Origin: an uncultured archaeon
Lineage (GTDB): Archaea; Aenigmatarchaeota; Aenigmatarchaeia; QMZP01
DNA length: 64,000 nt
Direction of reading: 5' to 3'
Assembly: GCA_964484305.1 (NCBI GenBank)
Contig: CAZAEI010000001.1
Span: 26,936-90,935, forward strand
Part shown: positions 51,801-63,800 of the stretch, in pieces
Position numbering within the stretch: the stretch's first letter is position 1
Layout of the letters: every line of letters starts with the position of its first letter
Program-made: the position numbers and the translations under genes
The notes under the pieces: model-generated
What the model saw: only the letters and a program-made list of their open reading frames with translations
The model's database searches: none
What the model was told of the DNA's origin: nothing

Positions 51801-54800
51801 AGCTACTATGTATACTACGGAAACCCAGCTGCCTCTGATCCACCAACAGAGGAGAGCAACATATACGCCCTCTGGAGGGATTTCGACAGCGATACTGTTG
51901 ACCAGCAGCCTCCTGGGTGGAGCCTGGCAGAAGACGTGACAGCCCTGAACGTGAGGGACGAGGGATGCTACAGCCCGTCGCAAAGCCTTGATATCGATGC
52001 ATCTGCAAACACATATGCCTGGATTACTTCTCCCGGTCTTTACGGGAATGACTACATAATGGAGGCAAGGGTGAACTACACAGCATCCAACACAAGGCAC
52101 GGCATTGCTGGAAGGGCTTCATCATCAGGAACATATGCCCTGATTCTCTACACGGGTGGTGTGCCTGCACCAGGACTGAGGCTTTCGAGAATAAGCTACA
52201 CGGGCGGCGAGAACGTCATTGTAACCGACACCACTACGAGTCCCTATGACAACATCTGGTATAACGTGAAGTTGCTCATGTATGGAACGAGTATAAAGGG
52301 TAAGTTCTGGAACGTGACAGAATCCGAGCCATCGGGGTGGCAGGTTGATGAGACGGACAGCAACATAGCATCGGGTAGCGTCGGTGTGTACTCGTACTCG
52401 AACGATGACGGATACATAGATGACCTCTCTGTAAGGTACTATCTCGAGCCAGAGCCCACAGCATCCTTCCTGGGTGAGGAAAGGCTCATCATCCCTGAGA
52501 TAGAATCGATAAGGGTGTACAACGTGACCGGACTGGGTGACACTCATTCAGGAGGGAGTCTGGTGGTGTCTGGCCTGAACGAGAGCTACAACGTAACCCT
52601 CAACGAGACCGGGCACGGCTATTATAGGATCGAGATAAACATTAGCGTAAGTGCTGACTGGAACCTGTCTGTCCTGACAAAGGCATATCATGAGGGCCTT
52701 GATTCGGGCTGGGAAGTGGACACTACCAATGACGTCTGGTACAGCATGGGCGCAGGAGACTACACAGGCGGCACGCTCTCTGCTGGGAAGGTTACCTGGG
52801 ACACGGTCCAGGATGGGTCTGTTGATGCAGGGGGTCACGTCACCTTCTATTACGTGCTCAATGCCACTGGAGTGCCTGGGGAAGAGGGGGTTCACTTCGT
52901 TATCAATGAGGCCAACTACGAGAGGGCCAATGGGCTCTCTGTGGATGATGACTACTCCACAATCAGGGTCGATGACGTTACTCCACCAACTTATCTGTAT
53001 GATGGTGACAACTCAAGCGGTTCTGTCAATGATGGCGAGACCGTGGAGGCGTCTGCGTACTGGGACGATGGGGTTGGGCTTGATTATGCAACATTGAGTA
53101 GTAATGAGACAGGGAGTTGGGTTAACAGCAGTTATTATGATTTCGTTGGGACACCCGGTTATTCGAACTTCTCAATTGATAGCAGTGGTCATCCTGGGGA
53201 GACCATATGCTGGGTCATCTGGGCTAATGACACCAGCGGGAATTTGAATGGGAGTATGGGTCAGCACTGCTTTGATGTGAATGATGTCACACCGCCCTAT
53301 TACCAGTATGACCAGGATGACTTGAGCGGGGCAGTTGATGACGGTGAGACTGTTGATGTGTCTGCCTATTGGGATGATGCAACATCTTCACTGTCAACTG
53401 CTGTGATGAGGAGCAACGAAACGGGTAGCTGGGTGAACACCAGTTATTTCCAGTTCACGGGTAAGCCTCAGTACTCAAACTTCTCGGTTGACAGTTCAGG
53501 GCATCCTGGAGAGACCATATGTTGGGTCATCTGGGCTAATGACACATCAGGTAATTTGAATGGGTGTATGGGTCAGCACTGTTTTGATGTTAGTGATGTG
53601 ACACCGCCTTACTATATATATGACCAGGATGACTCTAGTGGGGTAGTGGATGATGGAGATACTGTGCAGGTTTCTGCTTACTGGGATGATGCTATCTCTT
53701 CTCTGGACAGCGCTGTGTTGAGGAGTAATGAGACAGGGAGTTGGGTTAACAGCAGTTATTATGATTTCGTTGGGACACCCGGTTATTCGAACTTCTCAAT
53801 TGATAGCAGTGGTCATCCTGGGGAGACCATATGCTGGGTCATCTGGGCTAATGACACCAGCGGGAATTTGAATGGGAGTATGGGTCAGCACTGCTTTGAT
53901 GTGAATGATGTCACGCCACCTAGTTATCTGTATGACCAGGATAATTCGAGTGGAGCAGTTGATGATGGGGGGACTGTTGAAGTGTCTGCTTACTGGAACG
54001 ATGATGTTGAATTGGAGAGTGCAGTATTGAGGAGCAATGAAACAGGTAGTTGGGTTAACACGAGCTATTATGACTTCGTTGGAACACCTGAGTATTCGAA
54101 CTTCTCGATTGACACTACAGGGCATCCGAACGAGACAATATGCTGGGTTATATGGGCTAATGATACTTCAGGTAACCTGAATTCGAGTATGGGGCAGCAT
54201 TGCTTTGACGTCAGGGATGATACTCCCCCACAGTTCATGGATGCACAAACAAACTACACGAGTATAACAAACCAGGCATTGGAGCTCAACATCACGGTCA
54301 CTGATGACATTGGAGTTAGTGGTGTGTGGTTTGACATAAACGGTACGAACTACAGCTATGACAGCAGCTCTGGTGATTACTACTACTATTACTTCGACTG
54401 CCAGGTGTTCGGTTCAGGGATGTGGCACTGGAACGCTACATGGACAGATGATGTTTCAGGCAACCTTAACTACACCATGGGTGAGGGTCTGCCGCAGTGG
54501 TTCGAATGCGACGTGGACTACCCATACTACAGCCAGGATGTTGACAACAGTTCTGGATCCGTTCAAATCGGAGAGATAGTCAACATGAGCGCATACTGGC
54601 AGGATGGGTATGGCAGCCTTGACACGGCATTGTTGAGAACCAACCAGACAGGGAGCTGGACAGATGAGCAGGATTACTCCTTTGCTTCAACTCCTGAGCA
54701 GGTAATGTTCATGTTTGACACAACAGGACACCTTGATGAGACCATATGCTGGGTCATATGGTCTAACGATACTGTTGGGAACCTCAACAACTCAATGGGA

Positions 54801-57800
54801 CAGCACTGCTTTGACGTGGGGGACTCTATACCGCCCACATATATGTATGACCAGGATAACAGCAGCGGGCTTTTAACAGAGGGTTATTCCGTGGAGGCCT
54901 CTGCATACTGGAACGACAACCTGGAGCTTGAAACTGCGGTGCTGAGGAGTAATGAAACAGGGAGTTGGGTTAACAGCAGCTACTATGATTTCGTTGGTAC
55001 ACCAGGTTATTCGAACTTCTCAGTTGATAGCACAGAGCATGCTGGTCAGACAGTCTGTTGGGTTATCTGGGCGAATGATACCTCAGGGAACTTGAATTCG
55101 AGTATGGGACAGCACTGCTTTGATGTAAACAAGCCGCCACAGATAAATTCTGCAGAGTTCAACCAGACTACGATAAACCAATATGAGAGCGTTCTGCTCA
55201 CAGTGAACGTGACTGATTCGGACGGGGTTAGTATGGTTATAGCGACGTTCCAGTATCCTGATTTGGGCACATTAAATGTCACGCTAAGTCATGATGTTGG
55301 GGATAACTACACCTATGAATGGACAGACACCTCAGTGGCAGGCACTTACAACGTCACTGTTGTATATGCGAATGATACGTTTGATCGCTGGAATTCCAGC
55401 ATATATACATCATTGAGTTTCGAAGTAGTTGGTGATGCACCGCCCACATCCACACTGAATGCGCCTGCGAATGGGAACATCACAAGGACCACCACAACGG
55501 TTGTGTTCAACTGCAGCGGTTATGATGAGGTGGATTTGGTAAATGTATCGCTATATGGTAACTGGTCGGGTGGATGGCACGAGAACGAGACCAACACCTC
55601 GGGTTATGATGCCTCTGACTACATGTTCACCAAGACAATTCCGGATGGTGACTATGTCTGGAACTGCTACGTATGTGATTCCATAGGACAGTGCTCGTTC
55701 GCTCCAGAGAACTACACCTTCAGTGTGAACAGGTATCCTTACTATGAGAACGATGCTGATAACTCGAGCGGAGCTGTGAATGATGGAGAGACCGTGGAGG
55801 CGTCTGCATATTGGGATGACCCACATGGGGACCTGGATACTGCTATATTGAGGAGCAATGAAACAGGCTCGTGGGTGAACACCAGCTACTATGGGTTTGG
55901 TTCGACTCCAGAGTATTCGAACTTCACGATTGATACCACGGGGCACCCGAACGAGACAATATGCTGGGTCATCTGGGTGAATGACACTATTGGGAACTTC
56001 AACAGCTCAATGGGTCAGCATTGCTTTGACGTGAGCGATGTGAGCCCGCCTTACTATGTGTATGATGAAGATAATAGCAGCGGGGCAGTAGATGATGGAG
56101 AGACCGTGGAGGCGTCTGCCTACTGGGATGATGACGTTGAGTTGGAGAGCGCTGTGTTGAGGAGCAATGAGACAGGTTCGTGGGTGAACAGCAGCTACTT
56201 CGATTTCACGGGTAAGCCTCAGTACTCAAACTTCTCGGTTGACAGTTCAGGGCATCCTGGAGAGACCATATGTTGGGTCATCTGGGCTAATGACACATCG
56301 GGGAATTTGAATGGTTCGATGGAACAGCACTGTTTTGATGTAGGGGATGTTAGTCCGCCTAGTTATCTGTATGACCAGGACAACTCGAGCGGGGCAGTAG
56401 ATGATGGAGAGACCGTGGAGGCGTCTGCCTACTGGGATGATGACGTTGAGTTGGAGAGCGCTGTGTTGAGGAGCAATGAAACAGGGAGTTGGGTTAATAC
56501 AAGCTACTATGGATTTGGTTCAACGCCCGATTATTCCAACTTTAGCATTGACAGCACAGACCACCCTGGGGAGACTATATGCTGGGTTATCTGGGCGAAT
56601 GATACATCGGGGAATTTGAATAGCAGCATAGGCCAGCACTGCTTCGATGTTAGTGATGTTACGCCGCCTGCATATCTATATGACCAGGATGATTCTGGTG
56701 GGGCAGTGGATGATGGAGATACTATGCAGGTTTCTGCCTACTGGAATGATGACCTTGAGTTGGACAGCGCTGTGTTGAGGAGCAATGAGACAGGTTCATG
56801 GGTGAACAGCAGCTACTTCCAGTTCGCTGGTGCTCCGCAGTATTCGAACTTCTCAGTTGATAGCACAGGGCATTTTGGTGAAACTGTTTGTTGGGTTATA
56901 TGGGCGAATGATACATCGGGGAATTTGAATAGCAGCATGGGTCAGCACTGCTTTGACGTTGTTGATAACACACCACCGGTTTACCAGTACGATGGTGATG
57001 ACAGTTCGGGGGAGATTGAATCAGGCGATGCTGTGGAGGTATCTGCCTACTGGAATGATACAGCATCCGGCCTTGGCACGGCCGCGTTGAGAACGAACGA
57101 GAGCGGCTCATGGGCAGCCAGGGATTATCACCCGTTCTCGGCAGCCCCCGAATACTCCAACTTTACCATGCAGATAACAGACCATGTTGATGAAACCATA
57201 TGCTGGGTTATATGGGCTAATGACACGGTTGGAAACCTTAATGATTCAATGGGCCAGCACTGCTTTGACGTTGCTGACACAACGCCCCCGGTGTGGTCCC
57301 AGAACTCGACCGACTCGACTGTGGCTGATTCCCTTGTTGAGCACAGGCTGTACTGGGAGGATGCCGGCGGCCTGGCAGGATATATATTCTCCTTTGACAA
57401 CTGCATAGGCAGCTTTGTTAATGACAGCTGGATTCCGATGACAGGGCCTGCAAACTGGAGCAATGTGACAAAATACATCAGTGATACAGTGGGGTGCACG
57501 GTAAGGTGGAGGGTCTATGCAAATGATACCAAGGGCCAGTGGAACGATACGGGCATCATAAGTTATCAGACAACAGAGGACAATCCCCCCTACTGGTATG
57601 ACAATTCAACGAATTCGTCCCTGGCTGGAAGGGCTATACAGCACAGCGTGAAGTGGACCGAGGACAGCGAGCTGTCGGGGTATATATTCTCCTGGCACAA
57701 CGGGGCGAACTGGACTCTGGAGAGTGATAAGGAAGTTGGGACAGGGACGATTCAGATAAGGTTAAATGTAACAGAGAATGTCGATGTTCCAACCAGCTGC

Positions 57801-60800
57801 AGGGACGGGAGCTATGGCAGCGGCCAGAACTATGAGCTCTACAGTAGATGGACCACCCCGGATTCCGGTGAGGTCACGGTCTCGGGCCTGAGATTCTATG
57901 ATTCAGAGGCAAGCCTGTCGAGTAGCGAGAGCATAGAGGTTGCGCTTTACAATGAAAGCGGGGACAGAATAACTGAAATCGTTATCATAACAGGAACCGG
58001 TTCACAGGAATGGCTGACAGGGAAGCTGTCAACCACGGTGAATATCACGCTTGGTGAGAACTACACCATAGGTGTGGGGCCATCAGGCGGTTCAAGCTAT
58101 GCCATTGGCAGGGACACGAGTGCTGACTGCTCCAACTATCCCCCGACAGGGGCAGGAAGCCTGTACGAATCAGCGAGCGGTGGACTGAATGACCAGGTTC
58201 CCGGGAGCCAGCACTCCGATAAATTCAGTTTCTGGGGCATAGAGTACGAGGTCCCGGAAAAGGATGGAAACACGACATATTCCACATACCAGGATGTGGA
58301 TTCGGACCATGAAAGGGTGCTTAACATAACGGTTAAAATCGAGATTGACTCCTACAACCCGGAGGCCTCTGTAAACCAGTCAACAGGCGACCCTGACCTG
58401 GAAGTGGAGTTCTATGATGGAACCGGTTTCGTGAGCATAGGGGTGCTGAACCTGAACGAGAGCTATACAGGAGACACCCTGAACACCACCAATGCCAACT
58501 TCACCCTGACCACGACCGATTCCTCAATCATGGAGGCTTGGGAAACCGCGGATAACCAGGACCTCAGGATAAGGGGTATCTACATGGATTCTGTGAATTC
58601 CACACTTTACGATGAGATTAATTACACGAACGTGTGGGTCACCATCTACCATGAGCAGGAATTCCTTAACGATTCCTGGATGGAGATGACAGGGCAGGTC
58701 AACTGGAGCAATGTAACAAAGGTCGTGAACTCAACAGTCGGGGCAACGATTAAGTGGATTGTGTATGCCAACGACACCACTGACAACTGGAATGCTACGG
58801 ATGTCTTTGTTTATATAACGATAGAGGATACGGAGCCGCCCTACTACCTCTATGACCAGGACAACTCCTCGGGTTCGGTGGTGGTTGGGGACACCGTGCT
58901 GGCGTCCACCCTCTGGAACGACTCTATAAATGAGAATTCCCTCTCAACAGCCATATTGAGGACCAATAAAACAGGCTCCTTCGTCAATGAATCCTATTAC
59001 TCGTTCTCCACAAAGCCCGAATATTCGAACTTCAGCATTAACAGCACTGGGCATTTTGGCGAGACCATATGCTGGGTTATATGGGCAAATGACACTTCAG
59101 GGAATTTGAATTCAAGTATGGTTGAGCGCTGCTTTAATGTCGTTGACATCGAGGCCCCTGCATGGTACCAGAACCAGACCAGCATCGTATCAGTATACTC
59201 CCCGTCACAGCTGTCACTCTTCAACATAACCTGGGTTGATGAGGCAACATCGGTCCACACGGTTTATATAGAGGGGAATTGGTCTGGCTCTCCAGGGAAC
59301 TACACCATGTACATGGAGGGGGACGGGGTATACCAGCACAATCTTACCCTGCATGCTGGCAGCTTCTACTGGAGGTCCTGGGCGAACGACTCCGCAGGCA
59401 ACCTCAATGTCTCGGACACCTGGGAGTTCACTGTGTCCAAGGCAGACATCCTGGTCTGGTTGTTCCTGAACGGCACAGAAGGTGACTTCGGCATGACGTA
59501 CGGGGAGACATCCAATGCCAGCACCTATTCCTCGGCAGGCACGGTGCAGCTCTGGAGGAACGGGTCCCAGGTCGGGAACCCCGAGGTTGAGGTCTTGGGT
59601 GCTGGCTACTGGGAGTATCATGCCAATGCGACAGGTGACCAGAATTATACTGATAACTCCAGCGGGGTGACGTACTACCTGACAGTGGACCAGGCTGCCT
59701 CGTCAGCGGAACTCTATGTGAACGGCTCCAGGGACAACATGGCCCAGGGATATGGGGACAGTGTGAACGTGTCGGGTTACTGCGATTACGGCTCTGTGAG
59801 CCTGTGGAGGAATGAAAGCAGTGTGGCTAACCCGTACAGGGATGTGCTGGGCGCGGGATACTGGAACTTCACCGCGTACTGCTCAGGGGACGGCAACCAC
59901 ACCGGGAGCACGGAGCAGTGGTTCGTGACCGTGAACAGGGCATCCATGCCATTGTATCTGTATATAAACGACTCTGCAGACAACGTGACGCTCACCTATG
60001 GGAACACAACCAATGTGAGCGGGTACAAGGAATATGTAGAGGGTTCACTGGAGCTCCTGCTCAATGGCTCGGCAGGGAGCAATCCTGATATAGACAACCT
60101 GGGTACGGGTTACTGGAACTACACCCTGGTTTTTGACAAGACCCAGAACTACACTGCGAATTCAACAAGCCTGTTCATAACAATGAAGAAGAGGGCATCC
60201 CAAGCAACGCTCACGCTCCTGCCTGAGTCCCCTGTGGCTTATGACACATCCACCACTGCAACATGTGAAGTCACCAACCCCGAGGCAGCAGGCATTCTGT
60301 GGAGGAACGGCACGGACGTGAGCGGGGAGAATGGAACTGCAGTTACACTTGGAGCAGGATACTGGGAGTATGTTTGCAATGTCTCAGAGACAGGGAACTA
60401 CACATCTGCAGAGGACAGCTCGGGCTATACAGTGAACACGGCATCCTGCGGGATAGAACTCTACCTGAATTCAGGGGCTGTTAATCAGGACAACACAATA
60501 ATCTACGGGACCGATGCAAACGCAACAGCATACATCAATTTCACGCAATCTGTCTGGCATCTCGAGAGGAACGGAAGTGTCGTGGATTCAGGAACAGGCA
60601 GCATGCTTCAGGAGATAGAAGGTCTCGGGACCGGCTACTGGAACTACACCGCATTCTGGGACGGTAACGAGAACTGCACTAGCTGCCTTGAGATGTCCTT
60701 CCTCACCGTCCAGAAGGCGGTTTCGGGTACAGAGGTATACATAAACGGGTCAAGGGACAACCTCACCCAGACCTATGGGGAGAGTGTCAATGTTACTGCT

Positions 60801-63800
60801 TACTGTGACTATGGCTCAATAAGCCTGTGGAGGAACGATACTGAGATTGGGAGCCCTTACGGGGATGTGCTGGGCGCGGGATACTGGAACTTCACCGCGT
60901 ACTGCTCAGGGGACGGCAACCACACCGGGAGCACGGAGCAGTGGTTCGTGACCGTGGAGAAGGGGACCACATGGATAGGGCTTGAGGTGAGTCCCGAGGG
61001 GCCGGTAACCTATGAGACCCAGAGCACGGCTACCTGCCAGGTGAACAACACCGAGGTCTCTGCAGTGCTGTGGAGGAACGGCACGGACGTGAGCGGGGAG
61101 AACGGCAGCGCCGTGACGCTGGGTGCGGGGGGATGGGAGTACGTGTGCAACTGCTCGGAAACCCAGAACTACACCGCGGCGAGCAACACGAGTTATTACG
61201 TGGTTGATAAGTACCAGAAGGCTGTCGGGTTCTACCTGAATGGGAGCCAGGACAACCTGAGCATTGACTATCCGGATTCGGTCAATGCATCTGCCTACAC
61301 GGACAGGGGCTCGGTCACCCTCCTCATGAACGGCTCCTCTGTCGGAAATCCATACGAGGAGGTCATGACAGCAGGCTACACCTACAACTTCACTGCTGTA
61401 TCAGACGGGGACGACAATTACACAGTGGACACGGAGACCTTCTTTCTGGATGTCAACCAGGCTAGTTCGGAGATTGTCCTGATGCTGAATGGCTCTTCAG
61501 ATGACATCTATATAATAGGGGACGAGACCGTCAACCACACCGCCTACCTGAACGCTTCAGGGACGATATACATGTACATGAACGACAGCCTGATGCAATC
61601 GGGCTCGTCACCGCTCGTCAATATATCTGATTACCCGGATGTGGGGACATTCAATATTTCAGTCAACTATTCAGGGGATGTTAACCATACCGGGGCGTTT
61701 GATTTTCATCTTGTGAATGTTGTGTCAGGGGATGTTAAGCCCCCTGAAATTGAGATTGAGTCGCCGCTCAACGGCTCTTATCACAACATCACGTCTGTAT
61801 ATGCGAACGTTACAACGGATGAAACAGTAGACTGGTGCGGCTACTCCCTGGACGGGCAGGACGATGTGAGCATGAACAATGATTATGGAGACCACTGGAC
61901 TGACCTGCTCACAAGCCTTTCAGATGGGGAGCACAACCTGACCTTCTGGTGCAACGATACTGTAGGGAACATGAACTGGACTGAATCGATATTCTTCGTG
62001 GATTTGACAGAACCCTTTGTTGAGGTTCTCTATCCTGAGAATGTGAGCTATCCAGAGGACATGGGTGTGATAAACTACAGCTTCTCGGACAGTCTGGGAG
62101 GTTGCGGATGGTCTGCTTACTCCCTGAACAGTGGGAGCAACGTTTCCCTGGGCTGCGGGAATTATTCGGGTTCTGCCCTGGGTTCACAGCAGGGCCTGAA
62201 CAACCTTACTGTCTGGGCAAGGGACGAGGCATGGAACCTGAACCATTCCCTGGTCTTTTATACCTATGACAGCGTGCCTCCGCAGTATTCGGGCCTGAAG
62301 GAAAATGTTTCCAACCAGTCCAAGTATGCGCCGGTCAGGACCTACCAGTTCAACGTTACCTGGAGTGATGCTGTTTCATGGGTGGACACTGTCCTTATTA
62401 ACTGGGACGGGGTCAACTATACCAGCTCGTACAACACCTCCACGAAGTGGGTATTCGAGATAGACAGCCTCGCTGCAGGGGAGCATTCCTACTACTGGTT
62501 CGCAAACGACAGCCTGGGGAATGCGAACCAGACCGGGACCTTCACCTATGATGTGGTGAAGGCTGACAATGCGATATGGCTCTACCTGAACGGGTCTGGC
62601 CAGAACATCACGGCTGTCTACGGGGAGTCGGTCAATGCGAGCGCCTATGCGGAGCAGGGTTTGGTGGAGCTGTACAGGAACGACACCCCTGTGAGCAATC
62701 CTGAGGAGGAGGTCCTGCATGTGGGGGTGCACATATACAGGGCCTATGCACCGGGGAACCAGAACTACTCAAGCAATGAGACTGTTTTGAATGTAACTGT
62801 GGAGAAGGCCACCACAGAGATTGACCTTGTCCTAAGCCCCGGTTCCCCGGTGACATATGGGGTTCAGAGCACTGCCACCTGCCAGGTGAACAACACAGAG
62901 GTCTCTGCGGTGCTGTGGAGGAACGGAACAGATGTGAGCGGGGAGAACGGGACAGGGGTGACGCTGGGTGCGGGGGGATGGGAGTACGTGTGCAACTGCT
63001 CGGAAACCCAGAACTACACCGCGGCGAGCAACACGAGCTATTATGCGGTCAGCCAGGCAGACATACTGGTCTGGCTGTTCCTTAACGGGAGCGAAGGGAA
63101 TTTCGGGATTGGTTATGGGGAAACCTCGAATGCGAGCGCCTATACTGACTTCGGGACGGTTGAATTGTGGAGGAACGGGACGCAGGTGGGCAATCCCGAG
63201 GTAGAGACCCTAGGGGCAGGCCTCTGGGTCTACATTGCAAACACCACGGGGGATGACAATCACACGGCAAACGAGAGTGTCTGGAACCTTACTGTGTCAA
63301 AGATTGCATCCGCGATGACCCTGCTGCTGAACGGCACGGACGGGGATTTCAATGCCTACACATATGATTTCATCAACATCACCGTCTACATGAACCATGA
63401 CGGAAGCATCAGCCTCTACAGCAACAGGAGCCTTGCGGATTCCGGGCAGAGCCCGCTTGTGAACATAAGCAGATATACAGATGCAGGGAAGCTGAACATA
63501 ACGGCCAACTACTCCGGTGACGGCAACCACACACCTGCAGAGGCATGGCATATCCTCAATATCTCTTCTGAGACGGTGGCCCCCCTGTGGTATGACCAGA
63601 ACCAGACATCGGGGGGCGTCTATGTTAGCGTGCTCTTCAGGGGGGAATCCGCGAACCTCTCTGCATCATGGAGCAATGCCGCCCTTGACACGGCCTGGCT
63701 CGAGACAAACGAGACCGGGACCTGGGAGAACAAGTCAGCATACGGCTCGCCTAAGGAGATTACAGGCGAGGTTAATGAGAGTGTCTTCCAGTGGTCCAAC

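Noticed and set aside
40780..59150. Diversity-generating retroelement template/variable repeat pair
   Set aside because: No reverse transcriptase in the window; differences between copies are largely synonymous and not adenine-specific
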